Part shown: positions 39,484 through 49,558 of the stretch, piece by piece
Position numbering within the stretch: position 1 is the first letter of the stretch
Layout of the letters: every line of letters starts with the position of its first letter
Assembly (NCBI GenBank): GCA_965216875.1
Contig: OZ244207.1
Span: 3,744,001-3,808,000, forward strand
Direction of reading: 5' to 3'
Source: Rubripirellula sp.
GTDB lineage: Bacteria > Planctomycetota > Planctomycetia > Pirellulales > Pirellulaceae
Length of the DNA stretch: 64,000 nt
Translations under genes and position numbers: made by a program
Notes under the pieces: model-generated
Databases searched by the model: none
What the model was told of the DNA's origin: nothing
Seen by the model: only the letters and a program-made list of their open reading frames with translations

Positions 39484-40431
39484 TCAGCCCTGTGAAACGA
39501 CGAGGAAGAAGATAACGATGGCCAGAATGATGCCGACGACAACGGCGATGCTGCAGCCAACCTTCGTGGCCGAGATAGGCACATCGCCGCCAATCCGCCC
39601 CGTCTGGCCGTTGACGAGAATCTGGACGGGCGGTTTGTCTTCGGCATAGCGAACGGCATACGACCAAACGGGCAACAGCACCAGATCGATCACTTCGTGC
39701 GAAAGGCTCGTGCGGTACTGGAGGTTGGAATAGGTGTCGCCAGGCATGAAGTTTTTCAAATAGTTGCCCACCTTGGCAACCGATTCGTCGTGTGCCATTC
39801 GAAAACAATCGTCCTTGGTGCGCGACGCCTCCTCGGCAAGCCACCCCGAAATGAACGACTCTTCAAACCGTCGCATGGCGCGAAGGTCAAACGGCTCGAT
39901 CGCCTCAAGTGCCGGATTGGTGACACCTTTCGAAGCGGACACGATCACGTCCACGACGTAACAACAGTGCTGTCCACTGAGCGGTCGCCATTCGGTTTTC
40001 ACCACCGTACGCGTTCGCGTGACCGTCTTTCCATTGGCATCGGTGGTCGTGTACGTCTCCGTCTCGGTGTAGTTTTCACCGATGCTTGCGGAGTAGTCGG
40101 AATTTGCAACGGCACCATAGAGGTACGCTGGCAAGTAGACACCGCGTGTCAATTCAGGGACTGCGGTCTTGAAGTCCGAACGAACAAAAAAGTGCCGACT
40201 CGCCATCCATTGCCGCACCAACCGAGTTGCGTGTTCGTGATCGACCACAAAGCCGACAAGAAACGTCGGTTTGGGACGATTGGGGGCAGGGGGACGCTGA
40301 ACGATCGAAGGCGAAGCACAATACGGACACATCGCCGTCCGCATGTGTGATTCAACGATCAAATTTGCACCGCACGATTGGCACGAGATCTCAAGTTGTT
40401 CTGATGATTGCGATGCGAGATCGGTCGTCAT
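39484..40431 (-). CDS. Zn-ribbon membrane-anchored hypothetical protein
   Basis: CQSCG...CPYC; GVYLPAYLY; IEPFDL; LLPVWSYA...VNGQTGRIGG; C-terminal TM helix. Confidence 0.8.
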   Translation of the reverse strand: MTTDLASQSSEQLEISCQSCGANLIVESHMRTAMCPYCASPSIVQRPPAPNRPKPTFLVGFVVDHEHATRLVRQWMASRHFFVRSDFKTAVPELTRGVYLPAYLYGAVANSDYSASIGENYTETETYTTTDANGKTVTRTRTVVKTEWRPLSGQHCCYVVDVIVSASKGVTNPALEAIEPFDLRAMRRFEESFISGWLAEEASRTKDDCFRMAHDESVAKVGNYLKNFMPGDTYSNLQYRTSLSHEVIDLVLLPVWSYAVRYAEDKPPVQILVNGQTGRIGGDVPISATKVGCSIAVVVGIILAIVIFFLVVSQG

Positions 40432-40550
40432 GACGCGAGAGTTACCAACAGTTGGCTAGGCGGAAAGGCGGGTGCATGATCGCTGTCGTTGCCAGCGATT
40501 TTGTTAGGCTCGAATCACCCGAAAACGTGTCACAGTTTTTCTAAAAATAC

Positions 40551-43193
40551 CTAATTCGCGGCCTGTTCGCGATCACCTAGCTTGCGACAAAAGAATTCGG
40601 CCTGCCTTCGTTTCGCGTAGGGGTGTCCCGCCGCACCATGCCCCACTCCTGGCATGATCAACTGCTCGAAGTTCTTGTTCGCCTTGATCAACGCATCAAT
40701 CACCTGCATCGTGCTTGCGGGATCGACATTGCGGTCGAGTTCACCCCAGATCAACAACAGATCTCCTTGCAGTTGGTGTGCGCATGTCACGTTGGATTGT
40801 ACTTCGTAGTGGGGGCCAATCGGCCACCCCATCCATTGCTCATTCCACCAAACCTTGTCGACACGATTGTCGTGACAACCACAGTCAGCGACGGCGGCTT
40901 TGTAGAAATTACCGTGCGCGACGAGCGCTCGCATCGCACTTTGCCCGCCCGCCGATCCGCCCCAGATGCCGACACGGCTCAAGTCCATCTCGGGCCGCTC
41001 TTTGGCAGCCGCTTTCATCCATGCAATGCGATCAGCAAAACCACTGTCGCCAAGGTTCTGCCAACACACATCATGAAATGCCTTACTGCGATGACTCGTT
41101 CCCATGCCGTCGATTTTGACGATGATGAACCCGAGGTCCGCCATTTGATAAAGCCCGGTGTGACTGCCGAATCGTTTCGGCACAAATGCTGAATGCGGCC
41201 CAGCATAAATCGCTTCCAACACAGGGTACTTTTTGGACGGATCGAAATGCGTAGGACGAATGATGAAACCGTAGATGTCCGTCTTTCCGTCGCGTCCCTT
41301 TGCAACAAACCGCTCGGGGTACCGCCAACCTGAATCGATCTTTTCGGTGGCGACAGCTCGCTCAAGTTCGACCAGCAACTCACCGGTCCGCGCATCAACG
41401 ATCTGTGTTACCGGCGGAAGATCAACGCGCGAATAAGTGTCGATGATGTACTGCTGGTCAGACGAAAACTCCCATTGGTGATCGCCGTCACCGTGAGTCA
41501 AACGCGTCAGGTGATTTCCGTCAAAGTCGACCCGCACCAAGTGGCGATGGTAAGGGTCTTGACCAGCGTCAATGCCCGAAACCGTTAGCCACACCTGTCG
41601 CGTTTTGGTGTCGACACGCTCGACCGATCGGACCACCCATTGGCCCGATGTGACCGGATGCTTGATTTCACCACTTTCCGCATCGATCAAATAGAGGTGA
41701 TTCCAGCCGCTGCGTTCGCTCATCCATAGGATCTCGTTGGTTTCATCCAAGCAACGCAGGAATTTCTTGTGCGAATAGCAAACGAACGTTTCTGCAGCTT
41801 CATCGATCACGGTTCGCGCGTTTGCGGTGGCTGCGTCGACTTCGATCAACCTCAAGACTTGGTGCCCGCGTTGGTTGTACAGAAACGAAAAACTCGAGCT
41901 GTCTTGGTTCCAACGCAAGTCGGTCAAATGAAAAGGGTTCGAGTAGAGGTCGTCATCAATCGCGACCGGTTCAAAGTCATCGACTCGGAACAAGACGATT
42001 TGCGGTTTGTCGAGCCGGTCGCCCGGCTTGGCGTACCCCATCGTATGAAGCTTGGCATGAATGGAGTCTTTGGGTGAGGATTCGATCAGGTTGATATTCC
42101 GGCGTTGTCCCGGCTTTGTTTTCATCACGACAAACGCCGACGAGTCGGGAGCCCAATGGACTCGGCCGCCGTAGGCATTGTCTTGGGAACCGTCCGAAGT
42201 GATTGCCAATCGCTCCCGCGTCTCGCGATTGAGGCGGACGACGTTGTGATCTTCGAACACGATCTGCCATTTGCCGTCTGGCGAGTTACCAGGTCGACTT
42301 CGTCCATCACGGCGACGCATCGAAAAGGGCTCCGGCTTGGGCGTCTCGGTGTCGACGATGGCAAGTTCACTTGAGGAGCTGGCTACAAACGCGGCGACAT
42401 CGTCGCCCTCTGCGTTGCGAAGCAACCATGCGTGGCCGTCGAACGTGCTCAAACCACGCGTTTGTCGCGCGGGCACCTTGCCGTACGATCGAAGCCCGCC
42501 GCTGGAGTCGACCCAAAAGTATTCCAATGATTGGTCGGTGCGGTTTTCGAATCGAATGTCGGTGCGTTCGCCGCCGTTTCGGCTTCGTTGAACGCGTCCG
42601 CGGGCAACCAAACCCTCACTCCACTCGCCGCTGCCCGATTCGTCAGCCTCTGCTTTCTCAAGTGGCCCCGCTGGCAAAGTGAATTGCCAACTCGAACCGA
42701 ACGTCACGAATCGACAACTGGTGGCGTCATCAGAAAACTTGAGCGAGCGCAAATCGAGTTGCGCAGCGGCCACCCGCTTTCCCGTCGCGTCGGCAAGCGC
42801 TTTGGCAAGACGCTCATCATCGAACGGCACCTTGGGCGAATTGGCATTTGCGAGATCAACCACGACGTAGCGGTGTTGATCGACATCGATTCGCACGCGG
42901 TACCAGAACTTGTCTTGCTTGGGTCCAAACCATGTGAGCTTGAGGTTGTCGCCATAAACGCCACCGCGCGTGCGCGTGCCAGCCGACTGGGCCCATTCGT
43001 ACCGCCGGTCAAAATCGCTCAATCGAGCGGGCGAGGGCAACGAGAACGAAGGGCCGCTGGGGCCATCCGCCAACAGAGTGGGAACGCTCGCGAAAACAAC
43101 GAGACAGACGCGAAGAAGCAGCGTGACAGGGGGCCGTGCACCAGCAGCCGGGGATTGGTTTTCCGGCCTACTTTTTGTTGAGAGTTTGAGCAT
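40551..43193 (-). CDS. Exported S9 (DPP IV / prolyl oligopeptidase-like) peptidase
   Basis: DPP IV beta-propeller (SERSGWNHLY), YAGP, GxSxG nucleophile GGSAGG, Asp (LDRNV) and His (GVGH). Confidence 0.9.
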   Translation of the reverse strand: MLKLSTKSRPENQSPAAGARPPVTLLLRVCLVVFASVPTLLADGPSGPSFSLPSPARLSDFDRRYEWAQSAGTRTRGGVYGDNLKLTWFGPKQDKFWYRVRIDVDQHRYVVVDLANANSPKVPFDDERLAKALADATGKRVAAAQLDLRSLKFSDDATSCRFVTFGSSWQFTLPAGPLEKAEADESGSGEWSEGLVARGRVQRSRNGGERTDIRFENRTDQSLEYFWVDSSGGLRSYGKVPARQTRGLSTFDGHAWLLRNAEGDDVAAFVASSSSELAIVDTETPKPEPFSMRRRDGRSRPGNSPDGKWQIVFEDHNVVRLNRETRERLAITSDGSQDNAYGGRVHWAPDSSAFVVMKTKPGQRRNINLIESSPKDSIHAKLHTMGYAKPGDRLDKPQIVLFRVDDFEPVAIDDDLYSNPFHLTDLRWNQDSSSFSFLYNQRGHQVLRLIEVDAATANARTVIDEAAETFVCYSHKKFLRCLDETNEILWMSERSGWNHLYLIDAESGEIKHPVTSGQWVVRSVERVDTKTRQVWLTVSGIDAGQDPYHRHLVRVDFDGNHLTRLTHGDGDHQWEFSSDQQYIIDTYSRVDLPPVTQIVDARTGELLVELERAVATEKIDSGWRYPERFVAKGRDGKTDIYGFIIRPTHFDPSKKYPVLEAIYAGPHSAFVPKRFGSHTGLYQMADLGFIIVKIDGMGTSHRSKAFHDVCWQNLGDSGFADRIAWMKAAAKERPEMDLSRVGIWGGSAGGQSAMRALVAHGNFYKAAVADCGCHDNRVDKVWWNEQWMGWPIGPHYEVQSNVTCAHQLQGDLLLIWGELDRNVDPASTMQVIDALIKANKNFEQLIMPGVGHGAAGHPYAKRRQAEFFCRKLGDREQAAN

Positions 43194-43296
43194 TTTTCGT
43201 CGCAGCGTGCGGTAGGTGGGTATAACAGCAGGATACACGGATCTGTGTTCCACTTGCTTGATCCCTAAGCTTAATCCGCGACCTTGAGAGGGAGCG

Positions 43297-43824
43297 ATGG
43301 GTGTCTGCATTTACTACCGATCCTGCGAGCCGCTCCATCCGGCGGCCGCTTACGATATCAACCAGCATGTTGATCGGTTGCTTGAACGCTATACCTGGAA
43401 TAGCTGCGAACCGGTGTTGCTGCGGCATTTCCCTGATGGCCACCTTGGCGGGGCGAGCAAGCCCAACTTTGACGAAGACGAGTTTCGTTTCGATGAAGAA
43501 ATGGGTGGCTTGCCCGACGGCAACGTGATGACGCTCGTCGAAGTTCTTTGCGAGTTGTCACGTGATCACGAGGTCGATTGGGATATCGGCGACGACTACA
43601 GTCCCAAACCGATTGGATGCATTCGCAATGGTGTCGCTGATCTCGACTTGATGGAACAACTCGAAACCCTCGACTTGATCGGCGATCTCTTGGAATCCGA
43701 AACCATCGCCCTTGAGGAAGACGACCAGGTTTGGAGCGACGAAGCAATCCGCGATCACGAACTCTCGTGTGACGACGACAACGACGAAGGTCCGCGGTTG
43801 CTCAAATTTCCGAAGCCGGATTGA
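43297..43824 (+). CDS. Acidic hypothetical protein
   Basis: 175-aa ORF with SD GAGGGAG; no recognised domain. Confidence 0.65.
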   Translation: MGVCIYYRSCEPLHPAAAYDINQHVDRLLERYTWNSCEPVLLRHFPDGHLGGASKPNFDEDEFRFDEEMGGLPDGNVMTLVEVLCELSRDHEVDWDIGDDYSPKPIGCIRNGVADLDLMEQLETLDLIGDLLESETIALEEDDQVWSDEAIRDHELSCDDDNDEGPRLLKFPKPD

Positions 43825-43836
43825 AGCATCAAAAGC

Positions 43837-43923
43837 GTAGGTCATGCTCCGCATGACAAGCATTGTCTGTGTAGGTCATGCTCCGCATGACATTCGCTGG
43901 GTGTCATGCGGAGCATGACCTAC
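43837..43923. repeat. REP family C cluster (GTAGGTCATGCTCCGCATGAC x3, last inverted)
   Basis: Directly visible; also near 22982, 31601-31652 and 60124. Confidence 0.8.
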
Positions 43924-43924
43924 T

Positions 43925-44404
43925 TCAGTGTTCGCCGAACTCGAACTTTGACGAGCCACGTGCGCCGTTTGGCAATTGGCCGCGCACGATGATTTCTTCG
44001 GGCGGGTACTTTGACGGGTCGTAGCGTTGACTGCTGCGTTTGTCAGTGAAAACGCGCAGCGGCATCACCAGATCCGTTTCTACTTCGAGTGGCGTTTCGG
44101 TGAACATCAAGTACTGGCCATTGATCTCGATCGCCAGTCTTCCGATTTCGTGATCCGCTTCGTTGGTAATCACCACCACTTCGGTGACCACGGCCCCCTG
44201 ACTGCCTGTCGTATCGACCGGTCGTTTGTCGAGCGACACGGCGACTGGCAAATCAGGACCACCGACCGCGGGCGGGAAGGACTGATAGACCAACAAGCCC
44301 GCAATCACCATCGCAAGCAGACTGAAGACAAGCCCTCGTCGAGAGAGTTGCAACGTGGGCGCAATATTGGGAGGCTGGGTCTGTTCGTTTGGCGAGTCGT
44401 CCAT
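43925..44404 (-). CDS. Single-TM hypothetical protein
   Basis: One TM helix then a beta-rich domain. Confidence 0.65.
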   Translation of the reverse strand: MDDSPNEQTQPPNIAPTLQLSRRGLVFSLLAMVIAGLLVYQSFPPAVGGPDLPVAVSLDKRPVDTTGSQGAVVTEVVVITNEADHEIGRLAIEINGQYLMFTETPLEVETDLVMPLRVFTDKRSSQRYDPSKYPPEEIIVRGQLPNGARGSSKFEFGEH

Positions 44405-44462
44405 TTTGCCATCGTATCGCGTCGACAAGACGGCAAGAAGGAGGCCTCAAAACGCTCGGACT

Positions 44463-45299
44463 TCAGCCCGACTCAAGACGCTTGGCGATTTCCGCGATCG
44501 CCTCGGCGGCGCCGGCCATAAGCGAAATGCCTTGATTGAGAACGTACTCGCGCGGGTTGACTCGAATCAACGTATCGCTGGCTCCGCGAGTCTGGCGTTC
44601 CATCTCGTAACGCACCGTCGGGACGGCCGTGCCGGCACCAAACTCAATGGCCACCATGCGTGTGCCGGGTTCAAAATCGACCAACCAACGCGAGTAGCGA
44701 TCCGTTTGGCGACGCGTTCGGTCTTCTACCCAATGCGCGTCCCCAAACATCAAGACATTCGGGCGAGCGAGACCTCCGCAGTACTTGCACTCGGGCAAGG
44801 GTTCCGCCGCGCGAAAGGTCGCTTCGTCAATCACGACGTCCGTCTCGTTTGCCTCCCAAATCTCGTCGCAACAAGGTTCGGCACACTGCAAGTGATTGAT
44901 CGAACCATGGCATTCCACCACTTGGTCGTCGCGAAAACCGCTGCGTTGGAAATGCCCGTCAACGTTGCTGGTGAAAACGTGACAGCCCAAGCGGCGTTGG
45001 CCGGCAATCTGAAGGAGTTGGGCGAAGCCAGCGTGCGGCTGAGTTGCGTTGTAGAGATTCATTCGGTGACCGTAAAACCCCCACGCCAAAGTTGGGTCAC
45101 GGACAAACCAAACGGGATCTGCCATTTCGTGAAACGACAAACCCAACTTTTCCATCGGCGGGTACGCGCGCCAAAACCCTTTGTCGCCGCGAAAATCGGG
45201 AAGCCCCGAATCGACTCCCATTCCCGCGCCAGCCCCAATCAACAACGCATCGCAATTCGCAATCGCCTCGGCGGCCGCATCGCATTTTTCAGGTTTCAT
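44463..45299 (-). CDS. Sir2/sirtuin-family NAD-dependent deacylase
   Basis: GAGAGMGVDSGLPDFRG, TSNVD, ECHGS, two CxxC-like pairs, RPNVLMFGD, IRVNP. Confidence 0.9.
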   Translation of the reverse strand: MKPEKCDAAAEAIANCDALLIGAGAGMGVDSGLPDFRGDKGFWRAYPPMEKLGLSFHEMADPVWFVRDPTLAWGFYGHRMNLYNATQPHAGFAQLLQIAGQRRLGCHVFTSNVDGHFQRSGFRDDQVVECHGSINHLQCAEPCCDEIWEANETDVVIDEATFRAAEPLPECKYCGGLARPNVLMFGDAHWVEDRTRRQTDRYSRWLVDFEPGTRMVAIEFGAGTAVPTVRYEMERQTRGASDTLIRVNPREYVLNQGISLMAGAAEAIAEIAKRLESG

Positions 45300-45344
45300 G
45301 TTCGCAGAGTATGTGAGGTGGCAGTGTTTTTGTGGTGCCTGTCG

Positions 45345-45406
45345 TTCGCAGTACCGCGGCCTAGCCGGAATCTTGTGCCGCTTCCGCCTAAAGGCGGGAC
45401 TACGAA
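45345..45406. repeat. REP family A copy
   Basis: TTCGCAGTACCGCGGCCTAGCCGGAATCT...CCGCCTAAAGGCGGGACTACGAAC. Confidence 0.7.
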
Positions 45407-45441
45407 CATGAACGCGTTGTTTCTGGCGTCGGTTGAATGAA

Positions 45442-46470
45442 CTAGGACGGCAGGCTGATGCGTTGGACGCGATGATTGTTGCTGTCCAAAACGTGAACGC
45501 GATCATTGGAATCGACAACAATTCCCCAAGGTTGGTTCAGTTGCCCCGGTTCAAAACCTGGGCCACCCCAACTTGCGATGAACTCCCCTTCTGGCGAGAG
45601 ACGCTGAACGCGTTGGTTCTTGTACTCAATCACCAGGACGGTGTCGTCGCCCGCGATCGCAAGGTCATAGGGATAGAAGAACTCGCCCGGCTTCTCCCCT
45701 TGCTTGCCCCAAATATCGATCAACTCGGGAGTCTCGGGGCGAATGTCATAGCGTTGGATTCGATGGTTGCAGGCATCCACGGCCCAAAGGACGTCTCCGC
45801 GAACGACCAAACTTTGTGGGCGAACGAATTTGCCTGGCTCTCGTCCCGTCCCACCCCATTGCGTCAAGAAGTTGCCGTCAGGATCAAACTTCTGGATGCG
45901 ATCCGAGTCACCGTATTCGCCAATGTAGAAGCAGCCGTGGCGATCACAGACCGCATCGGTGACGAAGGCGAACTCGCCGGGTGAATGTCCCGCTGTCCCA
46001 CCAATTTGCTCGCCTTCCTGGAGTTCGCCATCGATGGTGTAGGAAAGCATCCGGTAGTAGTGGGTGTCGGCAACCAACACCCTTGGCTCGCCCGCTTCCT
46101 GTGGCACGACCGCTAGCCCCGTCGGTCGTCCGTTCTTGGTTTGCGGTGTCGACCAAACCCTCAAAAAGTTGCCATCACCATCAAAGACTTGAATGCGTCC
46201 GGTGGTGTCAACGATGTACATGTCGTCGTTGGAATCGATGGTGATCGCGCGGGGCTTGAGGAACCGACCGTCGCTAAAACCTCGGCGTCCCCAAACCAGA
46301 TCAGGGCGACTTCCCAGTCCAACGGGGACGCATCCCGTCGAAAGGGCGCAGGCAGCGGCCATCAAACCGCCCGTCGCCTTTAGAAATCCGCGGCGCGGCA
46401 CGTCGCTCTCGGCAATGCGGTTGGTTGCATCCGCTTGCAGGTTGCCCAATTTGTCGTGCGGCCGGCCCAT
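45442..46470 (-). CDS. NHL-repeat beta-propeller protein, probable Tat lipoprotein
   Basis: RRGFLK Tat motif, STGC lipobox; repeated G..PG.F..P..+A...D..N.R+Q. Confidence 0.85.
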   Translation of the reverse strand: MGRPHDKLGNLQADATNRIAESDVPRRGFLKATGGLMAAACALSTGCVPVGLGSRPDLVWGRRGFSDGRFLKPRAITIDSNDDMYIVDTTGRIQVFDGDGNFLRVWSTPQTKNGRPTGLAVVPQEAGEPRVLVADTHYYRMLSYTIDGELQEGEQIGGTAGHSPGEFAFVTDAVCDRHGCFYIGEYGDSDRIQKFDPDGNFLTQWGGTGREPGKFVRPQSLVVRGDVLWAVDACNHRIQRYDIRPETPELIDIWGKQGEKPGEFFYPYDLAIAGDDTVLVIEYKNQRVQRLSPEGEFIASWGGPGFEPGQLNQPWGIVVDSNDRVHVLDSNNHRVQRISLPS

Positions 46471-46553
46471 TTGGCCTCCTTGTGAACACAAATCTTTCGT
46501 TCGTACAATGAGGACTTTTCATTTTACCGTCTCATCGATCCCCTTTTTCGTCC

Positions 46554-47687
46554 ATGCCCAAGATTCTTGACCTTCAGGCGACGGACGATCCGCGCGATAT
46601 CATCCACCGAACCGTCCAAGCATTGGTCGAAGGCCAGGTGGTTGGATTGCCGACCGATACCGTTTACGGACTCGCTGCCTCCGCACTTTCCGCATCAGCG
46701 GTCGAACGCCTGTGCGAAATCAAACACCGCCTCGATGCTCCGTTGGCCATCTCGGTGGGCAGTCGCGAGGCGGCGGCCGACTTTTGCTGCAATTTTCCGC
46801 TACCGGCTCGACGGCTGAGCTATCGATGCTGGCCAGGCCCGCTGACGATGGTGCTGCCGTGTGACATGGAACAATCGGCAGCCGGCCAGTTGCCCGAATC
46901 GGTCCAAAAACGAATCACGGGCGATCACGACTGCATCGGTTTTCGAGTGGTCGACCACCGTGTTTTGTCACACATTCATCGCTTTTTGTCGGCTCCGTTG
47001 GTGCTTACCAGCGCCAACCTCAGCGGCACCCCAGCCCCGACGACAGCCCCTCCGGTGGCAGAACAATTGGGCGATTCTCTGCCTCTGCTGCTCGATGACG
47101 GCCCAACTCGCTATGGTGGAGCATCGACGGTTGCCCGAATCATCGGCAATCGTCTGGAAGTCTTGCGTGAAGGGGTGATCGAGAAGGCCGCCATGAACCA
47201 GTTCATCAAACCAGTGATCGCGGTCGTCTGCACTGGCAATACCTGCCGCAGCCCAATGGCCGAAACGCTGCTGCGCGAACAGATTCGTGTGCGTTTGGGC
47301 CGTGAAGATGCCGTGCGCGTTTTGTCGGCCGGCGTTGCGGCCATGTCGGGTTCGGGCGCAAGCCCACAAGCGGTTGAAGTGATGGGGCGCCGAGGATTGG
47401 ACCTCACCGGACACGCGAGTCGTCCGCTTGACGACGCTGTGATGAATGTCGCCGATTTGATTTTGACGATGACCCGCGGGCATCGTGCCGCAATTTTGGC
47501 AGCGTGGCCCGACATGCACGATCGCGTTTTTACGCTTCGTCGTGATGGCGGAGACATTACCGATCCTGTTGGGATGCCGGTCGAGGTCTATCAGGAATGT
47601 GCTGATCAGATCGATGGCGAACTGAAAGATTGGCTCGACTCCCTCGGCGACGATTTTTTCCCTGATTCCACCTCGGACCAGGCGTGA
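46554..47687 (+). CDS. Fusion: TsaC/Sua5 threonylcarbamoyl-AMP synthase domain + low-molecular-weight (YwlE-like) phosphatase
   Basis: PTDTVYGL, KHR, WPGPLT, TSANLSG; then VCTGNTCRSPMAE P-loop and DITDPVG. Confidence 0.88.
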   Translation: MPKILDLQATDDPRDIIHRTVQALVEGQVVGLPTDTVYGLAASALSASAVERLCEIKHRLDAPLAISVGSREAAADFCCNFPLPARRLSYRCWPGPLTMVLPCDMEQSAAGQLPESVQKRITGDHDCIGFRVVDHRVLSHIHRFLSAPLVLTSANLSGTPAPTTAPPVAEQLGDSLPLLLDDGPTRYGGASTVARIIGNRLEVLREGVIEKAAMNQFIKPVIAVVCTGNTCRSPMAETLLREQIRVRLGREDAVRVLSAGVAAMSGSGASPQAVEVMGRRGLDLTGHASRPLDDAVMNVADLILTMTRGHRAAILAAWPDMHDRVFTLRRDGGDITDPVGMPVEVYQECADQIDGELKDWLDSLGDDFFPDSTSDQA

Positions 47688-47696
47688 GGTGACAAC

Positions 47697-48155
47697 ATGA
47701 TGACCATTTCCATCGCCAGCGATCATCGCGGCGTCCACATCAAAGCTCGCTTGATCCAAGCGCTCACTGCAGCCGGGTTCACGGTCCTCGATGAAGGCAC
47801 CGATTCAGAAACCGCGGTCGACTACCCCGATTTTGCCAAACAAGTCGCCAAGAAGGTCAGCGATGGTTCAGCCGATCGCGGGATTTTGATCTGCGGTACG
47901 GGAATCGGGATGGCGATCGCAGCGAACAAATTCCCTGGCGTTCGCGCAGCACCCTGTTACGACGAAGTCATGGTCGAAATGAGTCGTCGTCACAATAACG
48001 TCAACATCCTTTGCCTTCCCGGTGACATGATTGGCGAACGTCCCATCGACGACCTCGTCTTGATGTGGCTGAACACCGATTTCGAAGGTGGTCGCCACGA
48101 GTCGCGGCTTGAAAAAATCGCTGCCCTCGAAAAAGCTCAACCCGTCGATCAATAA
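47697..48155 (+). CDS. rpiB: Ribose-5-phosphate isomerase B
   Basis: ASDHRG, VDYPD, ICGTGIGMAIAANK, RRHNN, FEGGRH. Confidence 0.95.
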   Translation: MMTISIASDHRGVHIKARLIQALTAAGFTVLDEGTDSETAVDYPDFAKQVAKKVSDGSADRGILICGTGIGMAIAANKFPGVRAAPCYDEVMVEMSRRHNNVNILCLPGDMIGERPIDDLVLMWLNTDFEGGRHESRLEKIAALEKAQPVDQ

Positions 48156-48196
48156 GCGGATCGATTTGCAACGAGTCGACTGCAGAAGAAAGAAGG

Positions 48197-49246
48197 GTGA
48201 TGTCAGAGCCAGCGCCAAAGCGAACGGTTGATTGGGATTCGTTGATTGGACACGAATCGATCAAGCGCTGGTTGGCCGCCGCAATTACCAAAGGTCGCTT
48301 GGGTGGCTGTTTTCTGCTGGTGGGTCATCCAGGCGTGGGGAAGCGGACGGTTGCTAACTTGCTCGCGCGGACGCTGCTATGCCGCACAAGCGATCCGTCG
48401 ACAATGAGTCCCTGTGGAACGTGTTCGGCATGTGTTCAGGTCGTCGCCGGAACGCATCCCGACATGATTCGAGTCAGCAAACCTGCCGACAAATCAACCA
48501 TTCCGCTCGACCTGCTCATCGGTCCCAAAGACGCTCGCATGCAAGAGGGTTTGTGCCGAGACATTCGACTTCGCCCCATCGCGGGCACTCGCAAGATCGC
48601 GATCATCGAAGACGCCGACTTCTTGAACGAGGAAGGCGCAAACTGCCTGTTGAAAACGCTCGAAGAACCACCCGAGGGCGCACTGATCCTGCTGATCGGG
48701 ACCAGCGAACAGCGACAATTACCAACGATTCGATCGCGTTGCCAAACCTTGCGATTTGCTTCACCGAGCGGCGATTTGGCAGTGCGATTCCTCAAAGAGA
48801 TTCACGGTATCGAAGCGGACGAAGCGCAAATCGCTGACGCCGTCGACACCTCGGGCGGTGACATGCACATCGCGGTCCGTTTGCTCAGCGGCGAAGCGGA
48901 TGAGCTCCGCAGTTCTTTGCAGGCTCAGCTTTCGGCGCCTGCCCCCGACCCGGTTGCGATCAGTCGATTGATCACCAAGCACGTCGATGAAGCTGGAAAA
49001 GAAGCAAGCAAGCGCCGCGGCGCGATGCGTGATGTCTTTTCGATGGCGATCCAACACTACCGAAGCTTGTTGCGAACGGACGCCTCAAACCAAGTCTCCG
49101 ATTCAAAAACCATCGCCCGGCTCGACCGAAGTGTTCGAGCCATGCGAGAGATCGATCGTAGCGCCAACCAATCGACATTGATCGAATGCTATGCCGCCGA
49201 CATCGCTGCTGGCATGACCGGCGACCGCGGCGACATCGGTTCGTAA
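48197..49246 (+). CDS. holB: DNA polymerase III delta-prime subunit
   Basis: GHPGVGK, C...PCGTCSAC, HPD, ANCLLKTLEEPP, LPTIRSRCQ. Confidence 0.9.
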   Translation: MMSEPAPKRTVDWDSLIGHESIKRWLAAAITKGRLGGCFLLVGHPGVGKRTVANLLARTLLCRTSDPSTMSPCGTCSACVQVVAGTHPDMIRVSKPADKSTIPLDLLIGPKDARMQEGLCRDIRLRPIAGTRKIAIIEDADFLNEEGANCLLKTLEEPPEGALILLIGTSEQRQLPTIRSRCQTLRFASPSGDLAVRFLKEIHGIEADEAQIADAVDTSGGDMHIAVRLLSGEADELRSSLQAQLSAPAPDPVAISRLITKHVDEAGKEASKRRGAMRDVFSMAIQHYRSLLRTDASNQVSDSKTIARLDRSVRAMREIDRSANQSTLIECYAADIAAGMTGDRGDIGS

Positions 49247-49260
49247 ATCAAAAGGGGAGT

Positions 49261-49549
49261 GTCCGTAGTGGACGAGGCCACGAGTCCCTGCTGTTGACGA
49301 TTTGCGTCCCGCGGAAAGACCGTAGCTACCTTCGCCAGAAGGTGGTTTCCGCCCGTAGACCGCCCGCCACGATCACCACGCTCTGGCGAGCGTAGCTACG
49401 TCAAATCAAAGGCCCGATGCTAGCGCATACGGCTCACATAATCAGACCGCACCTACCTTCGCGCCCGTAGACCGCCCGCCACGATCACCACGCTCTGGCG
49501 AGCGTAGCTACGTCGAATCAAAGGCCCGATGCTGGCGCATGCGGCTCAC
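49261..49549. repeat. Composite REP cluster: family B+D unit duplicated (about 112-bp period) plus GTAGTGGACGAGGCCACGAGTCC element
   Basis: 49350-49437 closely matches 49462-49549; GGACGAGGCCACGAGTCC also occurs near 30500. Confidence 0.8.
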
Positions 49550-49558
49550 TGGCGAGCA

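Noticed and set aside
38507..39844. 445-aa version of the Zn-ribbon ORF from the ORF track
   Set aside because: The first ~120 codons overlap the upstream paralog in another frame; GTG 39478 is the plausible start.
44463..45299. Sirtuin as an anti-phage SIR2 effector or SirTM ADP-ribosyltransferase
   Set aside because: It retains the catalytic His and Zn-binding Cys residues of ordinary deacylases, and has no defence or macrodomain neighbours.
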